Virus record (IMG/VR): IMGVR_UViG_640753020_000006
Strand: one strand, 5' to 3'
DNA length: 64,000 bases
Source of the DNA: a virus
Shown here: positions 50,528 to 59,231 of the stretch, piece by piece
Numbering within the stretch: the stretch's first letter is position 1
Layout of the letters: every line of letters starts with the position of its first letter
Notes under the pieces: model-generated
Database searches by the model: none
Seen by the model: the letters and a program-made list of their open reading frames with translations, nothing else
What the model was told of the DNA's origin: nothing
Position numbers and translations under genes: made by a program

Positions 50528-50719
50528 CAAAAATAAGCACCCTAAATAACGAGTGCCTACTTTTATAATATTATTTTTTAAGGATGCGATTTTGATATAT
50601 CAACTCGTGGCAGTTGCATTTTGGTTTTAAGTGCCCTGCAACCACAGACACTATTTTAAATTTACATTTGGGGCATTGCTCACAATCTATTTAATACTAA
50701 AGTTTATTTACTAAAGACA
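50528..50719 (-). ncRNA. Putative small RNA copy 2 with H-type pseudoknot (50612-50652)
   Basis: TATAAT 50726-50731, pseudoknot, terminator 50528-50561. Confidence 0.65.
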
Positions 50720-50798
50720 CTTATAATTATAGGTAGTATTTGTTACAACTTAATGGCATAATGATTAACTATTTGTGAACAGGTTTTATTATTCTATG

Positions 50799-50828
50799 AA
50801 AATAAGCACCAGTTTCCTAGTGCCTACC
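50799..50828 (-). terminator. Intrinsic terminator of the same family
   Basis: GGTAGGCACT-aggaaact-GGTGCTTATTTT. Confidence 0.7.
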
Positions 50829-50914
50829 TCTGACATACACATATATAGTTTTATTTTATTTGCGGTTTCCCGCATTGGTAGCTATACTTTAGGCTATAGC
50901 CAAACCTGTATAAT

Positions 50915-51211
50915 TTAAGAAAGAACAATTCTATACTTCGTGCCATCGTTAAAATTAAGAATTAGTTCTTTATTGCCGGAACTAACCTTTAAAACATCCT
51001 CCTCTGATATCGCAACCATGGGAGCAATAGATTCCACCCCAACATCACGCCCACACTCGAAAAGTGTAATCGTTGATTCTGCTACACCTTTACTTTTGGG
51101 TTTTCCCCAATCTTCTTCCTTGAAATCTTCTATGCAGAATACTCTCTCTATTTTATTATTATCTATGATATTACATGCTTTCTCAAAAGAAATGTCCATA
51201 TTTTCCCCCAT
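50915..51211 (-). CDS. Hypothetical protein
   Basis: RBS GAGG; ORF track. Confidence 0.6.
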   Translation of the reverse strand: MGENMDISFEKACNIIDNNKIERVFCIEDFKEEDWGKPKSKGVAESTITLFECGRDVGVESIAPMVAISEEDVLKVSSGNKELILNFNDGTKYRIVLS

Positions 51212-51317
51212 ACATCCTCTTTAATATTATCCTAATATATAGTACTATTTCCTTTGAGTAAAAGCAAGGCCCCATTTAACCCTGGAGCCAGAGGTTTATT
51301 TTAAGAGGGTATTAAAA

Positions 51318-51674
51318 TTAAAATTTAACTTTATTTTCATTTGCCAATCTTCTCGGAGTGTCCCATGTAACTACAGGAGCAACCTCTTTATTTATTACTA
51401 TATCCCCGTCAGGATTCGTTTTATATATAGACCTATTCTTTTTTACAAACGCACTATCACCTATATATTTATTTGCTTCATAGTTAACTGCCTTTACCAC
51501 CTCTCGTCTACATGTTAAGGCAACCCTATGTTCACATTTTAAATTACTAAAATTTCTTTGGATGCATTTTTCTACAGTATCTTTTTTAATATTTAATTTT
51601 CTAGCAATCTCAGGGGCTGTTAACCCATCTAAATACAAAATCTTAACTTCTTCTTTATTTAACACAGCTCTCAA
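51318..51674 (-). CDS. HTH DNA-binding protein
   Basis: K.LYLDG.T..EIA..L.I....V.KCIQRN; RBS GGAG points to TTG 51674. Confidence 0.7.
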   Translation of the reverse strand: MRAVLNKEEVKILYLDGLTAPEIARKLNIKKDTVEKCIQRNFSNLKCEHRVALTCRREVVKAVNYEANKYIGDSAFVKKNRSIYKTNPDGDIVINKEVAPVVTWDTPRRLANENKVKF

Positions 51675-51792
51675 ATCATCAGCTCCTAAAAAAGAATATA
51701 GTTCACCCAAACCATAAAAGTGGACATGTTTTATTTTTACCAAATTGAATTCTTTGAATTTCATTTATATTATATACTATTTCTTAATGTAT

Positions 51793-51853
51793 TTTGTCCC
51801 AACTTTGTCCTATTTTTGTCTCAAATTTGTCTCATTTTTGTCCTATTTTTGTC
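51793..51853 (-). repeat. Six TTTGTC repeats at 11-bp period upstream of a -10 box (late promoter candidate)
   Basis: Starts at 51793, 51804, 51815, 51826, 51837, 51848; minus-strand TATAAT at 51769-51774. Confidence 0.8.
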
Positions 51854-51894
51854 TCAAGATTTTTTAAGATTAAAAAAGGCAACAGCATTATTTT

Positions 51895-52350
51895 TCAGCT
51901 ATTACCATACACCCCTTCCCACTTAACAATATCCTCCAGTATATCTTCTCGCCACCTGTAGGCAGTACTTCTTACGCCACCATACATTTCATTTGCTATC
52001 CATCCAACACCCTTATTTAGCTTATATTTGTAAGTAATAAATTGCATAATTTCTTCTGATAGTGGAGGGACTGTCAGGACTTTCTTCAACAGAGCTGTAT
52101 TTCTTTTTAACTGCCTTATCCTGGACATATTCTTACGGAATTTTCTATTTACATATTTTAGTTCACTCTTAAGCTCCTTAATTTCTTTTGCATCTTCCTT
52201 TTCACTCGAGTGCTTTATATCCCACTGGATACTTTCCTCCTGATCCTGCAGGTCTTTACATTCCAATTCCAAAGCTTCCATCTCTTTCAAATCCCTAAAA
52301 TAGCCATACAGCTTACCTTCTGTTCTTTTAAATGTTTCTTTGTCCAACAT
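51895..52350 (-). CDS. ArpU/RinA-like late transcriptional activator
   Basis: F...E..LY.Y, I..KY......IA.......STAYRWR. Confidence 0.8.
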   Translation of the reverse strand: MLDKETFKRTEGKLYGYFRDLKEMEALELECKDLQDQEESIQWDIKHSSEKEDAKEIKELKSELKYVNRKFRKNMSRIRQLKRNTALLKKVLTVPPLSEEIMQFITYKYKLNKGVGWIANEMYGGVRSTAYRWREDILEDIVKWEGVYGNS

Positions 52351-52398
52351 ACAGTTCCCTCCCATGTACTTATTTAATTATGTCTAATTTCTAACCCC

Positions 52399-52446
52399 TC
52401 ACTTACCCACAACCATTGATTTTTTAGCATTATATTTACTTCTCAT
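52399..52446 (-). pseudogene. 15-codon remnant resembling the DUF1064 N-terminus
   Basis: MRSKYNAKKSMVVGK then stop. Confidence 0.4.
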
Positions 52447-52450
52447 GCCA

Positions 52451-52633
52451 TCACCTTCTATTCACCAGATTTTCCGCATATCTAAGCTGCTGCTTAATGT
52501 ATGGATCATCAATGCTACTTCCTTCTCCACTCATCCAATCGGTAATTCTTTTATTTATATCCTCTATAGCTTGAATTGGCAACTTGTTTAAATTTCTATT
52601 CAAATCTTCCATGGATTTAATTTCTATCCTCAC
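52451..52633 (-). CDS. Small conserved phage protein
   Basis: LP...EDI..RI.DW...G.S.DDPYI.QQLRYA. Confidence 0.65.
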   Translation of the reverse strand: MRIEIKSMEDLNRNLNKLPIQAIEDINKRITDWMSGEGSSIDDPYIKQQLRYAENLVNRR

Positions 52634-53109
52634 ATAACCACTTCCTTAAGCTCCATAAATTCCTGAATTTCTGCAATTATATCTTTTAAATCTTCTATTT
52701 TTACATCTATACTTTTGGACTGTGGCGTATACAAAGTAACATATTTGCCTTCTATAGAAAAACTTAACTTTTCGCCTTCCAATCTAACTATTTTCAATCT
52801 TTTCTTAGAATCTTTCGCCGGTCCTTCGCAGTCCTTCGCCGATTTATCAGCTGGCTTCGCTGGCTTATTATTCACAGCAGCAGTCTCTTTTTCAAACTTA
52901 GTATTTTCACACAACTCATTTGTTTCATCCTTGCCAAAAATATTTTCCACTGCTTCTTCCACATCTTTTTCCTCTTCCCACTTGGAATAATAATTCTCTG
53001 CTGTCAACCTAGTTATTCCAAATTTACTAACTGCACCTTTTAATAAATCTTCTTTCCCTTGTTCCTTGTTACTGCTAAAATATTCAAAGCACTTTTCTTT
53101 ATAGCTCAT
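52630..53109 (-). CDS. Hypothetical protein
   Basis: ORF track; coupled to neighbours. Confidence 0.65.
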   Translation of the reverse strand: MSYKEKCFEYFSSNKEQGKEDLLKGAVSKFGITRLTAENYYSKWEEEKDVEEAVENIFGKDETNELCENTKFEKETAAVNNKPAKPADKSAKDCEGPAKDSKKRLKIVRLEGEKLSFSIEGKYVTLYTPQSKSIDVKIEDLKDIIAEIQEFMELKEVVM

Positions 53110-53377
53110 TAATATTCACTCCTTTTTATTTAACAATGCAATATTCACCGCATATCAAACATCTTTTAATAATTCCACCCGACCTAGTTTTGCCAACACT
53201 TTTCCAGTAATGATTGCACATCTTAGGACTTTTCTTTTTCATCTTTCTCACCTACTACACTAATATTCTAAAACTCTAATACAGTCCTTTTAAACCTATC
53301 CTAATTTCAAGACGATTAATTATACTACTTGTCCCCTTCTCTTTGGAATTTTCTATGCCTATGGCTTGAATTGGCTG

Positions 53378-53596
53378 TTATTTATACAATCCTTTAGGAC
53401 TAAACTTATTTACATTGCATTCATCACAACTTTGAGCAGTACTTTTAATGATTTTCTTACTACTCCTCCAGCAGTGCAGACATTTATTTTTAATTAACTT
53501 CTTTCCACATTTTGCACAAAAGTTGCATGGCATTTTATTTTTATGGCCACAATGAGGGCATTCAAACATTGTGGAATATTTGGATTTATAAATCAT
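53378..53596 (-). CDS. Zinc-ribbon protein
   Basis: CPHC, C..C..C, C..C motifs. Confidence 0.6.
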   Translation of the reverse strand: MIYKSKYSTMFECPHCGHKNKMPCNFCAKCGKKLIKNKCLHCWRSSKKIIKSTAQSCDECNVNKFSPKGLYK

Positions 53597-54468
53597 GTTT
53601 CACCACACCTTTCTATATCTGCAATAGCTTTCAGTATGGGATATACCTGCTGTGGTACTACTGCGTTACCTAAGGCTATACTTCTGTCCACCCTATCGGA
53701 AATCCCATCATCCACTCCAAGAACTGGGGATTCGGATATCTCCCAATAAGTTCTGGATGTTTCTCTCCTATGCTTCCTGGAAGTACCTTGCCATGAGTTC
53801 CGTTCCTCTCTGACGGTGTCAACGCCCGAATAGGCTTGAAGTTTTGGGATGCTGTAGGAGTCGCATAAAAGTGTCTTACAAAATCCCTCAAATTGTTTCT
53901 TGCTGTTCTTCCTGCTTTCCTTGATGCTTCTGGAGTTCTTCCCCCTTTGTTGTCTGCTGCTGTCGGAGTAGGCAACAATGAATATCCTTTCCCTTTTGTG
54001 CGGAGCTCCAACTCTGTTTGCTCCATAGCAGCACCATCCGACACTGTACCCCATCTTGGCCAGGTCCCTGAGAATTCCTCCAAAGAACCGTCCATTTTCA
54101 CTTGATAATATCCCTGGTACATTTTCACCCAAAAACCATCTTGGCTTAAGAATGCGAATTCTCTCTGCTGTTTCCGGCCACAAGTCACGTTCATCATTAG
54201 ACGCCTTACGTTCTCCTGCAACGCTGTGAGGCTGGCATGGAAATCCTGCCGATAAAACTGTGACTTCTTGAATTCCTCTTTCTCTAACAGATTCAACTGT
54301 AATACTTCTAACATCTTTCCACCTCTCTACATCCGGCCAATGTTTTTCAAGTACCCTTGTGGGGTAATCTGCAAACTCACACTGTCCTACTGTTTTGAAT
54401 CCTGCCCATTCAGCAGCAAGATCAATTCCTCCTATTCCGGTAAACAAACTGAAATGTGTTAAATCCAT
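53593..54468 (-). CDS. C5-cytosine DNA methyltransferase, alpha subunit (lacks motif IX)
   Basis: SLF.GIGG.DLA (I), GFPCQ (IV), ENV.G (VI), PH.R.R.F (VIII), ALGNAVVP (X). Confidence 0.9.
   Translation of the reverse strand: MDLTHFSLFTGIGGIDLAAEWAGFKTVGQCEFADYPTRVLEKHWPDVERWKDVRSITVESVRERGIQEVTVLSAGFPCQPHSVAGERKASNDERDLWPETAERIRILKPRWFLGENVPGILSSENGRFFGGILRDLAKMGYSVGWCCYGANRVGAPHKRERIFIVAYSDSSRQQRGKNSRSIKESRKNSKKQFEGFCKTLLCDSYSIPKLQAYSGVDTVREERNSWQGTSRKHRRETSRTYWEISESPVLGVDDGISDRVDRSIALGNAVVPQQVYPILKAIADIERCGET
53676..54314 (-). CDS. Nested out-of-frame beta subunit of the C5 methyltransferase
   Basis: 212-aa ORF inside alpha with RBS GAGGTG; LPTPTA repeats; NP.FLEWMMGFP.GWT (motif IX-like). 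Confidence 0.75.
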   Translation of the reverse strand: MLEVLQLNLLEKEEFKKSQFYRQDFHASLTALQENVRRLMMNVTCGRKQQREFAFLSQDGFWVKMYQGYYQVKMDGSLEEFSGTWPRWGTVSDGAAMEQTELELRTKGKGYSLLPTPTAADNKGGRTPEASRKAGRTARNNLRDFVRHFYATPTASQNFKPIRALTPSERNGTHGKVLPGSIGEKHPELIGRYPNPQFLEWMMGFPIGWTEV

Positions 54469-54546
54469 ATCTACACCCCCACAACCTGCAAAACTCATCA
54501 TACCTAAAACTTTCCCTTAGTTCGTTTTCATGCTTCTTCCATTTAA

Positions 54547-54876
54547 CTAGCACAAGGTAATCTGTCCCGTCGGCCACAACCCCTTTATGACTTTATATTT
54601 TCCACGACTGCGTTGCACCTTTAGAGTTATTTTCTCCCCTAGACTAAAATCCTTCTTCATCCTGCGAATACTTTCCGTACGGTAAAATGAATCTTTGGGA
54701 AGCGTAGGTAATTTACGCTGGATGGGCAAGCCCAGTTCGCCCCCTATCACACTCACAAGAGAAGTACTGCACCCTAATTTCTTCGCCATATACTTTTTAG
54801 GCATGATTTCCCAGTTGTCTCTTACAAAGTTCAGGTTTTCTTTTGTTCTTTTGAACGCAACTGCCATTTTTATCAC
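54547..54876 (-). CDS. HTH-like protein, possibly frameshifted at the C-terminus
   Basis: MAKKLGCS.S.VS helix; AAAGGGG at 54580-54586. Confidence 0.55.
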   Translation of the reverse strand: MIKMAVAFKRTKENLNFVRDNWEIMPKKYMAKKLGCSTSLVSVIGGELGLPIQRKLPTLPKDSFYRTESIRRMKKDFSLGEKITLKVQRSRGKYKVIKGLWPTGQITLC

Positions 54877-55706
54877 CCCTCACACATTTTTAACTGCTCA
54901 TTCACCCTCGGTCTATAATTCATCAAAATCAATTCTGTTCTCACAGGGCATTTATCTCCGTCAGCCCTATTTTTTATTTGGCTGGCCGTATGATATTCGT
55001 TTCGGTACCACCCCGAATACAAATTATCTATAAGTGGATCCGGATAATAACAAACCATAGCTTTGCCTTTTATCCCTTCAAGCACTTTCCTGAGCCTTAT
55101 ATGGTCCTTCTCTTGAAATCCTCCAAAGTACATGTCCTCATGCCCAAAATACGGTGGGTCTAAAAAAAATAGTGTATCTCTGGAATCATAAAACTTTATT
55201 ACTTCTTCAAAGTCCCGACAAAGTATATTCCAGTTCTTTATTAATTCAGCCATCTTTGGGATTAACTCTGTAGCTGACATCAACTGTTTAGCTTTATTTG
55301 TTGTCTTTGAAAGACTCATTCCACTCTTGTATTTGCGTCCTCCTCCGCCGAAGCAAACCCTCATGAGGTAATAAAACCTGACTGCCGATTGGAGCTTATC
55401 CTCCGGCCATGGTTCCCATTTCCATTTCTCATACAGACTTTCCGAAAACGGAAGGGAGCTGCACTCTTTATAAAGGCTTTCTGGATTACCTTTTAGCATC
55501 ATCATGTAATTTATCAATCTGTCGTTTATGTCATTCACTACTGTCATATTCGCAGGATTTACCGTTTCTTTGTAAAAAGTAACTGCTCCGGATCCAAAGA
55601 AAACATCCGCAAATATTTTATGTCTAGGCATAAGCTCCAGGTACCGTTCTTCCTTTCCATGCTTGCCACCAATCCACTTTATGTTGGTTAAATTCTTAAG
55701 TTTCAC
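54873..55706 (-). CDS. Orphan N6-adenine DNA methyltransferase (Dam/D12-like)
   Basis: WIGGK, DVF.GSG, VND.N, FLDPPY. Confidence 0.92.
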   Translation of the reverse strand: MKLKNLTNIKWIGGKHGKEERYLELMPRHKIFADVFFGSGAVTFYKETVNPANMTVVNDINDRLINYMMMLKGNPESLYKECSSLPFSESLYEKWKWEPWPEDKLQSAVRFYYLMRVCFGGGGRKYKSGMSLSKTTNKAKQLMSATELIPKMAELIKNWNILCRDFEEVIKFYDSRDTLFFLDPPYFGHEDMYFGGFQEKDHIRLRKVLEGIKGKAMVCYYPDPLIDNLYSGWYRNEYHTASQIKNRADGDKCPVRTELILMNYRPRVNEQLKMCEG

Positions 55707-55771
55707 TATCCACCATCCTCACTTTCTAACAAATTCTCGCATCCTGTAATTATGCTCGGCGCCTTTAAAAA

Positions 55772-55939
55772 CTATCTCATTGTTCTCTCTTTTTCCTCAC
55801 GCATTATTAAACGCTTGTATAATATAAACTCTATTAAGCCTTCCCTAAGTTCTTCTACTGGAGCCCTTTCTATGTCTTTCACGCTTATTTCATTGCTTCC
55901 ACCCTTCAGGTAATTATAAATCTGCCACCTATTTACCAT
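55772..55939 (-). CDS. 55-aa ORF (not in track)
   Basis: Open frame directly after the helicase stop. Confidence 0.45.
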   Translation of the reverse strand: MVNRWQIYNYLKGGSNEISVKDIERAPVEELREGLIEFILYKRLIMREEKERTMR

Positions 55940-55942
55940 TTA

Positions 55943-57286
55943 CTATTCCCCTCTTCCAAATATTTCAGGGTTATAACTCCCCTCATGAACATAGTCCAGT
56001 TCTCTAATCCTCTGGGTATTGCCATCCCAATACAATTTAACAGTTCCTGTCTTTCCATCCCTGCTCTTAGTTACAATAGCTTCCATGATATTTTTTTCCT
56101 CTGTTTCTGCGTTATAGTATTCATCCCTGTACAGCATAATAACTATATCTGCATCCTGTTCTATTGACCCTGATTCTCTTAGATCCGAAAGCATAGGTCT
56201 ATGGTCCGATCTGGCCTCCGGTGCACGAGATAACTGGCATAAAACTACAATTGGTATTTTTAGTTCTTTAGCCAGATTCTTTAGTGCATCTGATATCCTG
56301 CTTAATTCCTGATTCCTGTTTTCACCCTGTCCCTGTATTTTCCCAATGTAGTCTATTACGATTAAATCCAGGTCATATTGCAGCTTGGCTTTTCGGGATT
56401 TGGAACGTATTTCATTTACCGTCTGGCCACCTTTATCGTCAAAGTATAATTTCTGCTGGCATATGAAATTGGCAGCACTAGCAAGTTTATTCCACTCAGG
56501 TGAAGTCAATTCTCCGGTCTTTATTCTCTCAAGTGGTATTTTTGTTAAACTTGAAAACAACCTGTTCATCAGCTTTTCTTTGGTCATTTCAAGACTAAAT
56601 ACCAACACTGACTTACCCTGTTTTGCCACGTTTTCAGATATTTCAAGCATCATGGCACTTTTACCCATGCTGGGTCTTGCCGCAAGTATCACGTAGTCCC
56701 CTGGTTCCAGTCCTCCAGTCATGTTATCTATGGACTTTATGCCAGTTGCCAGGCCTGCCAATCCTCCGCCCTTATTGTAATTTTCTTCTATTTTTTCATA
56801 GGCATTCATAGCAACTGTCTTGGCCGTGACTATCTCTGAATCCTTATAGCTGTTTATATCCAGAATCTTACTTTCTGCTTTATTTAAAATATCATCCACA
56901 CTAGAGTTATTGCAGGCATCCAGCATCATTTCATTGGCTATTTTTATTATTTTTCTTTTATTGCTTTTGTCTTTTACTATCAAGGCGTACTCTTTTACGT
57001 TTGAAGTCGGAGTGTAGGCTCCCATAAGCTGTGACAGGTAAGTAATTCCCCCGATTTCTTTCAGCCCGTCTTTCAGCTGCTCACTCACTGTTAACAGGTC
57101 CATAGCTGCATTTTTTTCATGCAAATTCACTAGAGCTTTAAATATCACCTTGTGATTTTCTCTGTAAAAATCTTCAGGCGTAATTAATTCCAGAGCTATG
57201 TCCATGGCCTGATTATTGTTTAGTATAGTGCCTATAACTCCCCTTTCGGCCTCAATACTACTTGGCAAAGCTGTCACGTTATTCAA
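55943..57286 (-). CDS. dnaB: Replicative DNA helicase, DnaB family
   Basis: P.S.EAE..VIG, AARPSMGKS, FSLEM, DYI, QLSR..E.R.D.RP.LSDLRESGSIEQDAD. Confidence 0.95.
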   Translation of the reverse strand: MNNVTALPSSIEAERGVIGTILNNNQAMDIALELITPEDFYRENHKVIFKALVNLHEKNAAMDLLTVSEQLKDGLKEIGGITYLSQLMGAYTPTSNVKEYALIVKDKSNKRKIIKIANEMMLDACNNSSVDDILNKAESKILDINSYKDSEIVTAKTVAMNAYEKIEENYNKGGGLAGLATGIKSIDNMTGGLEPGDYVILAARPSMGKSAMMLEISENVAKQGKSVLVFSLEMTKEKLMNRLFSSLTKIPLERIKTGELTSPEWNKLASAANFICQQKLYFDDKGGQTVNEIRSKSRKAKLQYDLDLIVIDYIGKIQGQGENRNQELSRISDALKNLAKELKIPIVVLCQLSRAPEARSDHRPMLSDLRESGSIEQDADIVIMLYRDEYYNAETEEKNIMEAIVTKSRDGKTGTVKLYWDGNTQRIRELDYVHEGSYNPEIFGRGE

Positions 57287-57289
57287 TTT

Positions 57290-58228
57290 CTAACCTCCCC
57301 TGCACTTAGGACATTCCACCCATTCATTGTTTTGTCTCACCACTCCTTTACCTCCACAAACAGGGCAACACCCTTGATTTACAACCTTGTAAGATGGCGG
57401 TTTAGGAGCATTCTTTTCTTTCTTGGAAGTTCCACATTCCTCACTTTTTCCTTCCACAAGCCAATTTTTTAAAATTTTCTCCATGTAGCTTAAAATAAAT
57501 TTATTTTTGTTCTTGACCATAATCTGCATTGCTTCTTTGCACCAGTCATAGCCATAAGTGTTTATAAATATCTTTAAAGCTGCCAAGTGTGCAGTTATAT
57601 TTTCACCTGGTTTCAGAACTTCCCAATATTTACAAAGTTCTAAAGCGTTATTATCGAGAGAGAGATCTTTTTTCTCTCTTCTCTCTCTCTTATTATCTAG
57701 ATCTAGATCTTCTTCTCTCTCTCTCTCTCTTATAGCGTGACTGTCACGTGACATTTCGTGACTATCTTGTGACATCACAATTTCCTCTCCTTCTGTCACG
57801 TTTTCTTCACTGTTTTTTGGCTCTTCCAGTAACTCCTGCTGTTTTTCTTTTTCCCTTTGCCTTCGTTTTCTAAGTCTATTTCCTTCTCTGATTTTATCCA
57901 TACTTTCCACATTTTGATGTTTGTCCCAATTAGTTATTTTTAAATCGTTGTTTTCGGACCTTTGAATCATTCCGAATTTTTTCAAAGTATCCAAGGCAAG
58001 TCTTACAGTATTAAGAGGTCTATTAAAGATTGCCGATAACATCTCATCAGTGTAGGGTATATCCTCTGTAAGGAATATATACCCTCCTGCATTTGTCTTG
58101 CCTGCCTGTACTAAAAGACGCATCCAAATGTAAAATATAGTGTCACGTTCAGGCATTGCATCTATTAATTTAATTTTTTCATCATCAAACATTGTTGTTG
58201 TTATCTTGATCCACTTAATTTCTGCCAT
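57290..58228 (-). CDS. Phage replisome organizer / replication initiator
   Basis: IKWIKI.T.MFDDEKIKLI, IW..LL..AGK.N.GG, PYT.EML...F.R. Confidence 0.9.
   Translation of the reverse strand: MAEIKWIKITTTMFDDEKIKLIDAMPERDTIFYIWMRLLVQAGKTNAGGYIFLTEDIPYTDEMLSAIFNRPLNTVRLALDTLKKFGMIQRSENNDLKITNWDKHQNVESMDKIREGNRLRKRRQREKEKQQELLEEPKNSEENVTEGEEIVMSQDSHEMSRDSHAIREREREEDLDLDNKRERREKKDLSLDNNALELCKYWEVLKPGENITAHLAALKIFINTYGYDWCKEAMQIMVKNKNKFILSYMEKILKNWLVEGKSEECGTSKKEKNAPKPPSYKVVNQGCCPVCGGKGVVRQNNEWVECPKCRGG
57659..57800. repeat. Putative prophage origin inside the initiator gene
   Basis: GTGAC at 57737, 57748, 57758, 57769 (10-11 bp phase); palindrome TGTCACGTGACA; adjacent (TC)n tracts. Confidence 0.65.
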
Positions 58229-58343
58229 AATCTCACCTTTTCTACTAAAATAAATTTATCTCTAACCCTATTGGACATATTGGAATTTTAAGCAGTCTGC
58301 CAGATCGGTACCGGCAGTCCTGCTTTGCAATCCCTAAAGTATT

Positions 58344-59216
58344 CTAAACTTCCATATCTTCAGCAAATGGTGTGCCTTCATATATATCCTTATTATCTGA
58401 TTCAACAAAATCATCATTCTTGTTGTCTTCATCCTTTGTGTTCAAAAGCATTGAGCATGCTTTTCTCATAGCAGGATCTTTTCCATTTTGAGCTAACCAT
58501 TTTATATAATCTGGTGCAATCTTCATTATCTGGCCTAAAGTCTTACCTTTGTGTTTTCCGAATCTAACCTGAATATTAACTACTTCATCGGCTTTCATAT
58601 TTTCAATATTTTCTCTTTCCTGGAACTGAGCCATATCTTCAATATCTTGAGTGAATATTTCCGAAAGACTTGCAACGGTCAAAGTTGCATCTACCTGAGC
58701 TCTTTTCTTTGCCATCTTTAAAATGGTATTTGCCTGACTGCATATATCGTCATTTTCAACTTTATATTTCGTATGTCCGTAGTTATCCACTTTACTTTTA
58801 ACCGCATCTTTATCTATTCCCATAGGTAAATCATCTTCCTTTACCCATCTCCACCTATATTTATCTTCCTTGGAATTACAGCTCCCGACTCCCTCAGTTA
58901 TTTTCTGACCATTTTTTCTTAAGATGCACTTTATGGTATATGCAAATATTCCTTTATCATAATCCTCTATTTTTTCAATTATGTTATATTCACTCGTCAA
59001 TCCCATAAGCATAAGTATTTTTTCTGCACCTGGTTTGAGGAGGGTGGGTTTTGTAACCCCTCCTATCTCCCCATAGTCATGTCCGTTCTTTAATGTTTTT
59101 TGTATTATTGATTGGAACTGTGCTATCTTTCCTAGCGTATTCCTTACTTCCCCAATTTCCATGCTGTCCAGTAGATTTAAAGCATGGTCCTGTCTTACCA
59201 TCATTGTACTTTCCAT
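58344..59216 (-). CDS. Putative single-strand annealing/recombination protein
   Basis: KPTLLKPGAEKI, GEGVGSCNS.E, NT.LKMA.KRA.VDA; C-terminal FGKHKG..L domain; next to Gp157. Confidence 0.6.
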   Translation of the reverse strand: MESTMMVRQDHALNLLDSMEIGEVRNTLGKIAQFQSIIQKTLKNGHDYGEIGGVTKPTLLKPGAEKILMLMGLTSEYNIIEKIEDYDKGIFAYTIKCILRKNGQKITEGVGSCNSKEDKYRWRWVKEDDLPMGIDKDAVKSKVDNYGHTKYKVENDDICSQANTILKMAKKRAQVDATLTVASLSEIFTQDIEDMAQFQERENIENMKADEVVNIQVRFGKHKGKTLGQIMKIAPDYIKWLAQNGKDPAMRKACSMLLNTKDEDNKNDDFVESDNKDIYEGTPFAEDMEV

Positions 59217-59231
59217 AATAAAATCTCCCTT

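Noticed and set aside
50375-50652. Resemblance of the pseudoknot units to c-di-GMP-II (GGGCAC...UGCAAC), SAM-II, preQ1 riboswitches or the pistol ribozyme
   Set aside because: The c-di-GMP-II GAAA/GAA and GAG..AGUAG core, the long U-rich SAM-II loop and the pistol P2/P3 helices are all absent, and no downstream ORF lies within the units.
50340-50660. Plus-strand micro-peptides behind AAGGA(G) in both units
   Set aside because: Copy 1 has no start codon and the stops differ. G.U pairs, -10 boxes and U tracts all favour the minus strand.
51284-51294. 11-bp inverted match GGAGCCAGAGG to 63984-63994
   Set aside because: Too short, 12.7 kb apart, truncated by the window edge, and explained by similar terminator hairpins.
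50283-51853. CRISPR array or mini-array
   Set aside because: No identical 25-40 bp repeats with constant-length unique spacers; the 11-bp repeats have no spacers.
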